From: Pristiophorus japonicus | Taxonomy: Eukaryota | Reading direction: 5' to 3' | Length of the DNA: 64,000 nt | Assembly (NCBI RefSeq): GCF_044704955.1 | Contig: NW_027254880.1 | Span: 62,001 to 126,000 of the forward strand | Shown here: piece after piece, positions 26,674 through 39,731 of the stretch | Layout of the letters: every line of letters begins with the position of its first letter | How positions within the stretch are numbered: position 1 is the stretch's first letter | Position numbers and translations under genes: made by a program | The notes under the pieces: model-generated | Seen by the model: the letters and a program-made list of their open reading frames with translations, nothing else | The model's database searches: none | Told to the model about the DNA's origin: nothing

Positions 26674-27105
26674 ATCATCATTGGCAGTGCCTCGAACAAG
26701 GATGACTTGCTTCCACACCAAAAGGGAAGAGTTCACAGATGTTTCAATGAAGGACCCGATATTCCAGTTCTGAACTCCAGGGGTGGAAGATGCCTGAGCG
26801 TGGATTTTTTTAACGTCTGGTGACCGTTGCACATCAGCCACCGCACGGGCTTGACAGAGCAAGGCCTTTATCCAGTGGCAAGGGTTAACCAAAACGACTG
26901 GAGACCTGCTCTGCTGCACGGACCTAGTGCGCACACATATCGTAGTGTGGGCTGGCCCTCGCCTATTCTATGCCCCGTACCCTCATTTGCCGCACTTCCG
27001 CCACAATCTTCTTGCTCCTCCGCTGTATCCGGCCCCGCCGATATTCCAGCCCACGCTCTAACTGGCGACCTGGGCCTTGATGACACACCCAATCGCCCAC
27101 CTCAA
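26674..27105 (-). mobile_element. Non-autonomous bipartite RTE-derived element (5' region + 3' tail)
   Basis: RTE 3' tail joined to a WNI-type endonuclease-start remnant and a structured 5' region. Second copy at 60474-61080. Confidence 0.65.
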
Positions 27106-29313
27106 AGTAGTCACTATGGCTTTGGCAGCATCTTCTTCCGTGGTGAACAGATAATCAGATAATGTAAAAGGCGAGAAGTTCAGTATCAGCTCTTAAAAGT
27201 CAGTTCAATACCTGTACTGTAATGTCAGAGATGCTTGCTCAAAGAAAATGTTGCAACTCAGCATATTTATGTAATTGGTTTTGATAATCAATACAAACTT
27301 CGCACAGCCTCTCAGCATGAACATTGTGAACATTCTGCACAATCGAGGCTGATCCATTTTTTTTTAAACATACTTCAAATCAGAACCAAGGTTTTTTTTA
27401 TTTAAAACAGTGAAAGAATGTTCGACCAGCAGATTTTCCAAGAATCTTAAAGTTGACCAAACAGGATGCAAGCATAATACAACCCCTCCAAATTTGTCCA
27501 CAACTTACTATAGTAGTTTCTTTGTTTTTTTTTTAAATGTTTTACATGTTGAGAATTTAAAAATATACATGGTCATCAGCACTTCAGAACCACAACATAC
27601 AAATGGGGTATTCCAAGTTAGAGGCTACTACAGACCTGAGAATAAAATATTTTGTAGCATTGTTCCTGCTCATTTCACCCTTGCTGAATCAAAAGGTGCC
27701 TATTCATGTACAAATACTACACATAAAGAAGCCAAGGGACCTGTAGTATTTTAACTCTTCCTCAATTTCAAGGCACTGACACATGTTGAGGTTGTTCCCA
27801 CAGACAGCAGCAACCCTCTAATATATTAACTAAGTAACCATTCTGCTATAGAGTAAGAACTGGCAGGTTATTTAATCACAGCCAAATTTGTTGCTGCCCT
27901 ACCCAACATCCACATTTAAACAATTTTAGCATTGTTCACAAGAAAGCAATCAGGAGCAGGAATCCATGTAAATTTATTTTCTCCCTCTCCCTACCCCTCC
28001 CAGAGGGGCTTGAAGGTTAACTGTTGAGACCCCATCACTCCACCAGAGAACAGCTAGCTCAGCACAGACAAATGATCAAACTTAGTACATCAACAGGAGG
28101 ATCACAAATGTTACAGGGATATTAAAAACATTATCAAGAAAAGATAAGTGATCTGTATGGCTGAGTGCCACACATGGCATCGTCCACATCATTTACACGG
28201 TTTCCGTTTATCCCGGACAAACGCCTATATCGGGCAACTGTTGCTAACCATTTGCCATTTCCATAGCCGCCAATTACTAAGGCATCGCTTAAACCACATT
28301 AAGCACACCGACTATTTCAGACAGTTCAAGCAGTTGTTTGTACCTCGTTGAAGTATAATTACCTGGCACTGTCCTTTCAGACAGCCCCACCACTTTGTCA
28401 CATCCAGTGGCCTCTGGAACTCCTGCATGCAATATAAATTATTACAAAAGCCGAGATAAATGGGATTATAACCACTGCATAATTCAGCCCCATTTTGCTC
28501 CTCTTAGCTGTGCTGTTTTTTCGATCCTAAACCAGAGGTGAAACTGCACAGACTACAGTGTACTTCAGCTCTGTTCAGCTCTCCAATACGACAGAAGATC
28601 ACCATCTCTCCCTTCTGAATTATTACCGCAGTGAGTAACGACACTGGGACATTGAGAGCAGGAAGTGGAGAAATGGAGGACAAAGATTCCCTCCGTGCTT
28701 TTCAACAATGTCTTGGTTACACCAACCTCAGTGTATAGCAAGTCAATTGCGTCGACACCAACACACCCACTATGGGGGCAAGTTTCGGGCCTCCTTCAGA
28801 ACAGCGCACCTCCGAGAGGCACGCCTGTTTGGTGGGATAAAAAGTGCGCCTAATACCTGTGGCGGCATTCTCCGCTCCGAATCGGGCCCGTTCCAGCTTA
28901 GCGCGGAGTGGAAGCATCTGCGGGGTGGCGGGGCGCCAAAGCGTGGCGCCGATTATCTGCCGTCGGGGGGGCGGGGCTAGCTCACAGAAGCAGATTTCAT
29001 GCCAGCAGCCCTGCGCATGCGCGCTGGAGCGTGCGCACATGTGCAGTGCGATACAAACATTGGCACTCGGCCATTTTTAAAGATAAATCAGGAAAAGTGC
29101 TGTTTTGTTTTGTGGAGCTGTGGAAAGGCTTGAGTGAATTTTGATGATTTTTTGTGCCTGAAGGAGTGCTTTTAGCAGCACTGTTGAAGAAATCATCTGC
29201 TGAAATCAGTGAGTGCTGCTTTTTGCTGCTAAACTTCCAGAACAAGTGCTGCATAGGTGCATGCAAAATAAGGACATTGTGTTTTGAAAAATCAGTGTCA
29301 ATTGAATACAGCA

Positions 29314-30359
29314 ATGGAACAATGTCCACCAAGAACAAAGAATTTCTTGCATGAGGAAGTGGAGACATTAGTGAATGTCATTGAGCAGAGATGGCAGGAG
29401 CTGGATACCAGCAACAGAGGTCGCATAAAAGTGCCACCCAAAGAAATGAAGAAACGCTGGAACCAAGTTGCAGAAGATTACTGCGCTGTGGTGCATACCA
29501 GGAAATCTGGAAGCCAGTGTAAAAAGAAATGGCACAACCTTGGTCAAGTAGTTAGTGCAAGTAATATTTTCATTTTTCAATGAAAGTGCAATTGTAAATG
29601 TGACTAACTGTATATGTCCCACCCTGCAGAAAGATGCACTCTGTAAAAAAATTATATTTTAATCTTTGCAGAAGAAATTGATGCACAACAAAAGGGAAAC
29701 AACTCAAACAGGAGGAGGCTGCTGGTCCCAGTGGTGCTGCTGATGTAATGCAGCAGTTTACACCCACTGCCCCACCATCCCAGCCCACAGCTCCCACTCG
29801 AGTAATGTCGTTTGAAACACCCAGGGTCCCAGCCCGCGGATCCCAGTAGAGTGGTGCCGCGAGGCAGACCCAGGCAGAGGAGAAGGAGATTGGAAAAACG
29901 CTCTCCTGAGATGCAGCGTGCAACAGATGTGGCTCAGGTTGTGGCATTGGGTGTGGAGAGCAATGAGCTTAACCGATCACTCGTGGGCAGCGTCAGTGCA
30001 GTGATGAAGAGGTAATGGTACTGACGGGAGAAATAGCAGTAATGACACGGGAAATGAAGGAGGGAATGTCTGAGGGAGTACAATCGATGGCAGAGGCCAT
30101 CAGGGAGGGCATGCAAGTGACGGCAGAGACCGTCAGGGAGGGCACGCAAGTAGGCCGTCAGGGAGGGCATGCAAGTGACGGCAGAGGCCGTCAGGGAGGG
30201 CACACAAGTAGGCCGTCAGGGAGGGCATGCAAGTGACGACACAGGCCGTCAGGGAGGGCATGCAAGTGACGGCACAGGCCGGCAGGGAGGGAGGGCCTGG
30301 GTGAGGTAGCTGCTGCAATAAGGGCACACAGCCCAGCCAATCAAATGCCACCCCCATGA
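29314..30359 (+). pseudogene. Harbinger Myb/SANT-like DNA-binding protein (disrupted, spliced)
   Basis: MEQCPPRTKNFLHEEVETLV...RWNQVAEDY...GSQCKKKWHNL, a putative intron at 29557-29671 (GCAAGT...TTTGCAG), then KKLMHNKRETTQTGGG. Frameshifts and stops follow. Confidence 0.8.
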
Positions 30360-30859
30360 AGAAGTGAACATTCACCGAGATGTGGATGATATATGGTTGC
30401 AGGCTTTCTTTGCTGCTTTTGTTCTTGTTCTTGATGTAACTATAGTAACTTTTTTCAAATTGAAATTGTTTTGTAAGTTTTGTAACTTTACAACTTATAA
30501 GTGATCTTAGGGTTTTAAAGTGATCTTATAGTGTAAATGCGCTCACATTTTGTAAGTTATTTAATTTTGCACCTAAAAAGTGATCTTGAAGTTTAAGTGA
30601 TCTTAAGAGTGTAAGATTTTTCACATTTAAATTGTTTTGTAACTTTTGTAACTTTACAAGTTTATAAGTGATCTTAAAGTTTTTAAGTGATCTTAGAGTC
30701 ATATTAAAAAGTAAAGTTTGATACAACAAATATTTTATCACACCGTTAACTTTTCAATAAAATATTTTTTCATTAAAACTGAATCATGTTCCATTAACAC
30801 AACACAACATAGGAACAAATCCAAAAATCAAACATGTCCATGCACAACAGCCTCAAGCA

Positions 30860-32048
30860 TCAGTAACTGAAGCGTTCACGGATGAGCTGCTGGCACAGGG
30901 CTCGAGCAATCATTAAAGGAGCACGATAGATCGCACTCCTCTGACCTCGTGCTCCGGCATCAGGCACTTGCATGCTTTCCTGATTGTCGTCATCATCCTC
31001 ATCCTGCTCTTCTAAATTACTATCAGGCACTCGCCCCTCATGTGGGTCTTCTGGTTCCACTACCATCTCCCGCTGCCTCATGATGGCTAAGTTATGCAGC
31101 ATGCAGCACACAACAGTGAACTGACCGACAATCTTAGGAGAGTATTGCAAGTGGCCTCCGGAATGGTCCAGGCATCGGAAACGCTGTTTCAAGATGCCAA
31201 TGGTCTTCTCTATGATGCTGCGCGGCGCAATGTGCGCCATGTTGTATTGATGGTCAGTTTCCGTCCGTGTTACGCGTAGGGGCGTCATGAGACAGGTCGT
31301 ACCCTTTGTTTCCCAGTAGCCAGCTCTGCCCTTCTGGCTGCTGCTGAAACATGTCAGATATAACGCTGTCACGTAGGATGAACGCATCATGGGTGCTGCC
31401 AGAGTATCTCGCATCGACTGACATGATGCGCTGCTTGTCGTCAAACACGAGCTGCACATTAATGGAGTGGAAACCTTTTCTATTCCTGTATTGCTCAGCA
31501 TTCTTCACAGGTGCTCGCAAGGCGATGTGGGTACAAGCAATGCAGCCCTGTACCTTTGGGAAGCCAGCAATCCTGGAAAAGCCCACAGCCCTGTCATGCC
31601 TTGCTTGGCCGGTCATTGGAAACTTAATGAAGTCATTCCTCCGCGCGTGACCTGGTAAACGCAGGAATGTATTGCACGTTGAGATATGGCGCACACATCT
31701 CCAGTTGTAGCTTGAAACGATTCCGAGGCATAGAAAGAAAGTGCAACTGTTACCTTCATTTCAACAGACAAGGTAGTCAGCATTCTGCTTCTGGGCTGCA
31801 AATCTGCTCTCAGCATATCACAGATCTCAACAACAACTTCTCTGTGGAAATGCAGTCTTTTGACACAATAAGCCTCGCTCATGTCCAGGTACGAATGCCT
31901 GGCATTGCCGACGTGGGTAAGGTCTCCTGTCCATCAGCCTACGGACTATGACGTTCCTGGTGCGGTGAGCTCTAATCAATTCTCTCCTATGTAGTGAATT
32001 GATGGAGAAACATTGCATAATCCGTGGTGTTGATAATGCAGCACCCAT
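30860..32048 (-). pseudogene. Harbinger (HARBI1-like) DDE transposase, frameshifted
   Basis: GFPKVQGCIACTHIALRAP, YRNRKGFHSINVQLV, GSTHDAFIL, WLLGNKGY, RSIIEKTIGILKQRFRCLD, CCMLHN spread over several frames. Two motif aspartates are mutated (IDxTH to IACTH, GDKGY to GNKGY). Confidence 0.92.
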
Positions 32049-33612
32049 ACTTGAAGTACAAATTAAAACTTTTAAACTTGCTGGCTGGCTCTCCCTCCTG
32101 GTGCTTTGTACGCCTCCCGTCTCCTGGCCAAACGGCCTGAATCTTTGCAGCTGGAAGATTGCTGCCGCCGGTGCTATGTGTGGGTGGACTGACACCTGCC
32201 ACCCGTCCCCTGGTCGAACGGCCTGACTGAATCTTCGCAGCTGGAAGGCTGCTGCCGCCGTCGCTATGTGTGGGTGGACTGACGCCTGCCACCCCGTCCC
32301 CTGGTCGAACAGCCTGAATTGCTTGTAAAATTCCATAACTTCCCTCCCCTCCCCTCCCCTCCTCCTATTTCTCGTTCCCTACACCTAATTCCTAAAGTGT
32401 AGGCAAGGTTTTTCTGAGTGTACAAAAATCTACACTTACTCCATTCTAAGTTAGTTTGGAGTAAGTTTTCACTAACTAAACTTGCAAAACAGGCATAAGT
32501 GGCTGGGCACGCCCCCTTTTGAAAAAACAATCTGTTCTACAATGAAACTATTCTAACTCACTAGAACTGGAGCAAACTAAATGCCAAGAATTGCAATTTC
32601 TAAGATGCTCCATTCTAAACTAGTTGCTCCAAAAAAAATAGGAGCAACTCAGGCCAAAACTTTAGCCCGATAAGTGGGGGGGAATTAAATCCATTTACCC
32701 ACTAAGCCATTTGGGTTACTACTTTTACTTCAATACCTGAAATATAGCTTCTGTAGGTCAACCAAGTATACCACTGTCTCTATGCAAATAAATATTTGCA
32801 AACATGTAATATCACCATTCGTCCTCAGGAACTACCATACCTTTACAACAATTGTCAGTGACATCCCAAATATATTTAAATGTATTCATAGTGAGAAAGG
32901 TCATTAAGTAAAACTTGTTCACATAAGCTTCCTTATAATTAATTACTTGGCATAACATTTTCAGAATATAGCTATCTATACTCTACTTCCTGAGCAAGCA
33001 ACTATAAAATGTAAGTTTTGATGTCGCTGCATAAACTGTTGCATAACACCAGACAGCTGAGATCACATGAGCATTGGAAACTCAGCAGAGGCGTTTCCTT
33101 GCTGTGCAATGCAAAGTAGTAGTGCAGTGGCAACTAACATTACTCCTTTCTCCAAGGTGCAGTTGTATGTCACAAGGTATCTGGTAACCAAGCTCAGAAG
33201 TGTTGAAACTCACCGCAAATGTAATTGAGGGATTCAAGTCTGCAAGCTTAATTAAGATTTCCTAACATATCACAGCACTTCAGTGCTGTAGATAATTTCA
33301 TAACTATCTCAGATTATGAGCAAGCAGTTTAAAAATTACACCTGAAAGGTCACTATGTAAACCCACCTCAATGGAAAGCATTTTACTGATTATCCTGAGA
33401 AAAGAATTAGTTTAGTTTCCAGGTGATAGCACAAGAGCGGGCAGATTTCTTTTAATCAAATCCGCCTTTTGTAAAGTTCCACCCAAGAGAAAATCATGTT
33501 GTAAATAATGTTGCTTATTACAGTGAATTACTTCGGGTTTTTGAGGTAGATCTTTTACATCAGGATTATGTTGGAACCAAAGTGCACGAATTCAGCTTTA
33601 AAAAAAGACTGT

Positions 33613-34730
33613 GGCCGGAATTTTGCCTACCTGGGCGGTCCCAGTGACATGGCGGGTCGCGACGCCGCTGCTGGCTCCATCCCGCTGCTGAAAATTACTT
33701 TCCCTTAATAGGGCCTATTACACCCACTCTGTACATTACCTGGCCCAAGTGGTGACGTCATCAATGACGCGTTTTCAGCCGGGATCTCTGGCCATGGCCA
33801 AAGTGGATTTAAATGTCAATTGTAACATGGTGCTATCAGTGCACAACAGCATTGCAGTGCTATAAACCCTGACAATGACTGCACAGAGACAGAGGGCTGC
33901 ATCCAGCTTCTCCAATGACTCCCTCCATATCTTTATGGAGGGAGTCAGATCAGGCAGGGAGGTCATCTTCCCTTCCAATGGGTGGAAAAGACTTCCCCAG
34001 CGTATTGCAGAGGAGGTCACCAGCAGCAATGTGGTCAGGCAGACCTGGGCGCAGTGCCGCAAACGTTTCGATGATCTCATTAGATCAGGAAACGCGAGTC
34101 CAAAGCCACACTCACCTTCATCCCGATGTGCCTCTATCACATTCCCATCATTCTGCCTTCCCAACCCTAGCCCTGCACATTCTTATTCACACCAACACAC
34201 CTTGCACCTCCACCCATTCCTCTCTCTCTCTACATGATCATATCCCCATCTCACTAGTCACCCCTCACATTCGCCCTCATCCTAGTGCAATCATACCAAC
34301 TAACATCACAAAAGGCGGCCACTTGGGTGCTTTATCCAATGTTTATGTAAAGTTTCCATTAATGTGTTGTTAAACATAAAAATCTTTATTTTCAACACTT
34401 TCCAGTGTTGGACAGATTTGTGTGCACCGTTGTAAATGGCTTAGTGAGTTGTAGTGAATGTTGAGATAGAACGGTACCTCCTGCAATGGTGGTGAGTGGG
34501 AAAGAAATGGCATGGTTATTGCAGGGATGCTTTATGGTGTTGCTATTGGGTGATGCCAACCTAGCGCATCAAGTGGCAGCCATATGGGTGTGCAGTATAA
34601 AGTGAATTAAATCTGGCCATGGTGAGGCCATCTTTGGCTTCCCAGGCAGCAATGTCTCAGGTGTGATGTCCTCTGTCCTGTGCAGCACAGGTGATTGTGG
34701 AGAAAGCTGTTGTTGGTGCCTGGACCTCTA
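33613..34730 (+). mobile_element. Remnant of a second Harbinger family (left TIR + Myb/SANT exon)
   Basis: GGCCGGAATTTT terminal motif at 33613. ORF from 33875: FSNDSLHIFMEGVRSGREVIFP...IAEEVTSSNVVRQTWAQCRKRFDDL (Myb/SANT-like). Right boundary uncertain. Confidence 0.65.
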
Positions 34731-34914
34731 ATATTTCCCTGGAGGGAATGCTAGCTGTAATCTGGAATTCATTGTATGAAGAACTGCAAACCTGTAACCT
34801 ACATTCTTTGGAGTCTGCCCACCCCAACTCCACTTAATCAACCTTAAGATATTTCCCTCAAAATAGACTGGTTATTGTACTATGGTGTGATTTTATCCAG
34901 AAAGGAAAACCAGC

Positions 34915-35010
34915 ATCCAGATTTAGATAAAAACAAAAAATGCTGGAAATACTCAGCAGGTCAGGCAGCATCTGTGGAGAGAGAAACAGAGTTAATGTTT
35001 AAGGTCAGTT
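34915..35010 (-). mobile_element. Partial Penelope-type repeat arm
   Basis: Nearly identical to 25060-25145. Confidence 0.65.
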
Positions 35011-38000
35011 CTTCAACTTTGGACAGATAGAACAGTTGGGACCATTATATTCTACTTTTTGTGAGTGGAGTTGCACCATCTTCATAAACTATTTGTAGAA
35101 GGGCCATTGAGTTTCCCGTGTCAAAGAAACGGTAAGCAAAAATATGAGAGTCCACTTCAAAGTGATGGCCTTGCTGTGGTCATACATATTTGCTTACGCT
35201 ACTGCCAACAGTTTTTGCATGATGCACCCAATTAAAAACAAGAGGAATGAAAATAACTTGTTTTATTCTTCAAGGTGTAGAGTGTCTATTTTTTGTGGTT
35301 TTCAATTAACTAACTGCATTATGTTGTCTGAACTACTTAATATAGTCTATGTTCTAGATTACTCAGCAGTCATTTGTATAAAGTACATTAAATGGGGCAC
35401 ACAATATAATCTGCTGACACCAAAATCAGAATACTTTCCATTTTAAAAACAAACATGGTACCAGAAGTATCAAATCATAAGGATCATGTGTGAGTGACAA
35501 AGACACCAAGTGCACATCCAAGGATTGTCTCTTTGCCTTCCCACCCTCTCCATCCTGCCCCAAGACCAGTTCAACTAATTGTCCCTCGGAGATCTATTTA
35601 TGTAGAAATTAGAAAGTACTGTCAGCATTAAGCACTGAACAATGCAAAGTAAAACTCCCTCTAATCAGTGCCAACAATGTATCTTAAAGTCAACCTCAAG
35701 AGTACCACTGTGATTTTTCACTTCCTCGTACCAATTGTCTTCAGGACCCTTCCGTGAATATACTTTTTTTCTTGTGAACAATAAGCAGCCTTGTGCTAAA
35801 AACCAACAACCACTAGGTACTCGGATGAGACTTCCTGAATTTATTTTTCATTGAACCCCTGCAGTCGATGATGGCTTCTTTTCCATTAGTCTAGGATGAA
35901 TTCAACACAGTTCCCAGAGCTAACAAGGCTAAACCATGCCACTAGGTTCTGGTATCCAATGAAACGTGAGATTTACAAGTATCTGTCCCAGTCGACTAAC
36001 ACTATTGAGCTCAGTAAATTCCACTGTACACTACTAGACTCCCAATAAGACTCCAAGATTACATGTCAGCTGATATTTAAACTCATGTCTTCACTCAAAA
36101 TATTTTGCCAAACTGAGAATCAAATTTTTCTTTGACAGAACAGGGAGTAAAAATAATAAAAATGTAAAATTAGCATGTCTGACACATGGGATTCCAAAAT
36201 GTGTCAACTCAACTGCTTCGGAAATTCCAAACCAAAATCAAGGTTTTAATTTTAAGTACAAATCTAAAACAAAATCAGCCACAGTCCTTTGTATTTAAAT
36301 ATATCAAATTATTGAAATTGAATCAGAATTCAGCAACAATTTGAAAGTAGTAAAAATACAGAGAAAGAACCAATTGAGAGAATATTAAACTGATAAAATG
36401 AGCCAAAGAAAATTCAGGTACAGCAATGCAAGATTATAACAAAACGTGCCACTTTGAAAAGATGCTTTTATTTTAAGAGACACATATTTTAATAAAAATC
36501 ATTTCACCCCATGGCATCAGTAAAAATTCCCTAATGTGGGCTCTAGAAAACAGAGACTTAGTTTCTTGATAGGGTTTTCTCACTGTCCTGCAAACAGGGA
36601 TGTCCATATGCTTACATTTTAGCCATACTTAATTTCCTCTTTTTTTTATATAAACAGAAAAATTCAATTAGTGTTTACTTACAAGTTCAAACTACTGCAA
36701 TCCATAGAAGCCCAAGCTTATTGCATTTCAGAAAGGCTTTAAAGTAGAACGATTACATTTTGAGAATCAGATGCAGAAACATTGGCAGCAGGCAGGAAAT
36801 CAATTAACAACATGGTGCTCTGAGCATAGAATCCTCCTCCAATATTACTCATCTCAGGAACACTGCCCAGTCAAATAAAGGGAAGTGATGAAACTAGTGG
36901 CAGCAATAGCTAAACTTTTTCAACTGCTACATCTTACTGTTCCAACAATTACTGTCAAGGATGTATGACCATATCATCATATTCCCTACAAAACTCAAAT
37001 TGGCTCTCTCTAAAATACAAAACACCAATTTTCATGAACAATTATGTCCAAGTTATCTTTGCTTTCTTCCAACTGTGAACATTAAAAAAAAATCTATGAA
37101 CTCTTATGCTGTAGAAGTAAGTGCATGTACTCTGAAAATCCTTTAACTCAAAATATTCTCGTGACTAGGAAACAAATTAGCATAGAAATGCTACTACAGA
37201 CTTGAGGCCATATATTGAAGAATTTCAAGCTTTCAAAGTAAACATTCCTTCAAGTAAATAAGAACCAATGTTTTGAGAAGCAGGTTCAAAACCTGCAGCA
37301 GCTGTGCACATTTGCAGTATTTTTCCAGTTTTGCTTTCCTTTCTTCTCTGCTCTCAAAGTGGGTGACTCATGCTGGGTTACAGTGTTACAGGCACTGCCA
37401 GCCTCCTCATGCCTCACCTAAGTGGGCAACTCAGTGAGTTGGCAGACTATTCAACTATGGAAGACTTCTAAATAAGCTACATACGGTCATGTATGTGCAT
37501 ACTTTCCACCAAAAATCAAATCATAAATTAATTCTCTCACCATCTTGACCCCCCGGAGCCTGGGTTAATGAGGCCTCACCGTTGCCCAGACTGAAATCAG
37601 CCAAGAACATAGAGCAAGGACTGAACCAGGAGCTTCCCTAGTCTGAACGGCTCAAGCCTTCATCAAGTAGTGCATTTTTAACCCAGTGAACTACAGCAAT
37701 TCCTTCCCAGTTTTAAAGATGTCATATCTTTTGGGAATTGTTCAAAGTTAATTCTTTGAAGCCTTTTTTTCCCCTAGCAATTAAAATAGTGTCTTCCTAT
37801 TCCAAAAATGCCCCAGGATTCTGGCAACCACCTACCCAAGATGCCGAAAAAAAAGTTTAACATCTTTTAAATTTATAGGAAAACTCACTTATCCAAGAAA
37901 AAGTTCTGATGCCTCAGCCGTAATAAAGAACATTGTACACGGAACTGTCTGTAAATTAGTGACAGTCGTCAGCCTAACCCAAGATTTTCTGCAGTATTAT

Positions 38001-39731
38001 ACTGTGCAGTCAGGAATCAAACATTTTTATGAATTTAAAAACAGTAATTTGCAGCTTGCAGGAGGATTCAATTCTTGAATGTATTTTCTGCAATCAAGTT
38101 TCATTTCCAAGCTCAAAGCTTGAAACATCTACACCAAAAAGTTATGAAGTGTCCAGAGTCAATAGCCTTTGATTGATAATTTGGTTCAATATTCACACAA
38201 ATCTTAAATTCTGGAATTCAGAATATATTTTTCTTGTCCATGCATCTAAATATACAAACTCCAATGTTCTGCTTTTCTATACACTTTCAAGATTGAATAA
38301 TAAATGAGTCCAACATCTGCATGCGGCTCCTAAAGTCTGAAAAGGCCACCACAACCAACTTTCAGGACTCCTGAACCCGGATTCACTGACACTGCTACAC
38401 TGGATTGAAGATATGGTACCAGAAGTCTCTTGGTTAACGACATTAGGTATGCAACTTCAAAACGGAAAATTTTAACCTTTTAGCAATTAGAATTTTAAAT
38501 GTGAACCACTTCCCTCAAACATACAGATTTTAATGTTAAATGTTTGTTGGAACTGGCAGGTAAGCCAAGCTGAGTCCAAAATTCCAGGAAAGCACTGAAA
38601 AGCGCCATGGTAGCAAATGGCACAAATTCTAAACCTGCTTTTGTAAGTGCCTATTGAGTTCAAATAAAAGCATTTGGGTCAGGTACTTAACCAGTCATCT
38701 TTAGGATAGCAACTTTCATTTCACTAGCACCTTGAACACAAAAAAAATCTCAAAGTACCACAGAGGTGAAACAGATACCCAGAAGACCAAGAAGATAATT
38801 TTCAGGATCGTTTGAAAAGAGGGGAGAGAAGTAGAAAGACAGAGGAGCATTCAAGAGAACAGGACCAACACAGCTTAAGATTTGCCACTGATAATGGAGC
38901 AGAAAAATATTATGCATGGCTAGAGTCATTGGACCTGGCTGAGACATGGGACTGAAGCAGGGCAGAGTGAGGCTATGGATCGATTTATAGAGAAGGATGG
39001 GGATTTGCAATTTGATGTGTTGTGGGACAGGAAACGAATGAAGGTCAACAAAGATCGATGATTGGTTCGTGGGACTGGATTTCGACAGCAGAGTTCGATT
39101 GAATTGAAGTTTGCGTTGGGTGGACACGGCAGGCTGGAAAGAGTCTAGGGTCAAGAAAAGCATGGCTAATGGTTTCAGTGGCGATGGAGGTAAAGTAAAG
39201 ATCAGAGTTCAAATTCAGATAGGTTGACATTTTCTTCTTGTACGGTCATCGCTCACCTTGGTGATCAAATAGGATAAACCAGCAAAAATGAAATATAACT
39301 GCAAATGGGAAAGATTTTAAAACCTGGTAATAGGAGCATTTTGAATTATGGATGGAATCTGCATGCATTGCAGAAACAAAAGCTGCAACTATTAAAACTG
39401 TCCATTCCAACTCTGTCAAATGCTAACAAAATCCGTAACCCTAAGGTAAACCCAGTGTGCAACCATATGCAGAACAGGAAAGTTGTTGAACTGAATCAAT
39501 CATGAAATATACTTCACAAGTGTGATCCTTCAAAGTTATTATTCTATAAAGTCATTTGAAAATGTCCATACTTACCAAAGTGATAAATTTGATTAAATAT
39601 GCATAGATCCAAGAAAACAGTCACAAATCTAAAATTTAAGCAGGCAACTTTCATAAAATTTGACAGGTGAAAATCCAGTAAGCGACACATCCCAAGAAGT
39701 GACATGCAGGCTACGACTACTGTCTGTCCAG

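Larger units (their letters stand above)
28774..32668. mobile_element. Decayed autonomous-type PIF/Harbinger DNA transposon (Myb/SANT gene + DDE transposase, convergent)
   Basis: TIRs GGGGGCAAGTTTCGG / CCAAAACTTTAGCCC, flanks TAT/GAT, and two convergent coding regions as typical of Harbinger. Confidence 0.9.

Noticed and set aside
30089-30295. CRISPR-like array
   Set aside because: Eukaryotic context; tandem units without unique spacers.
30860-32048. Domesticated host gene HARBI1
   Set aside because: Frameshifts, mutated catalytic-motif Asp residues, flanking TIRs and a paired Myb ORF show it is a decayed transposon.
37040-37070. Possible GNA13 next exon (minus strand ESKDNLD)
   Set aside because: Lacks the VKYFL residues and convincing splice sites; chance match.
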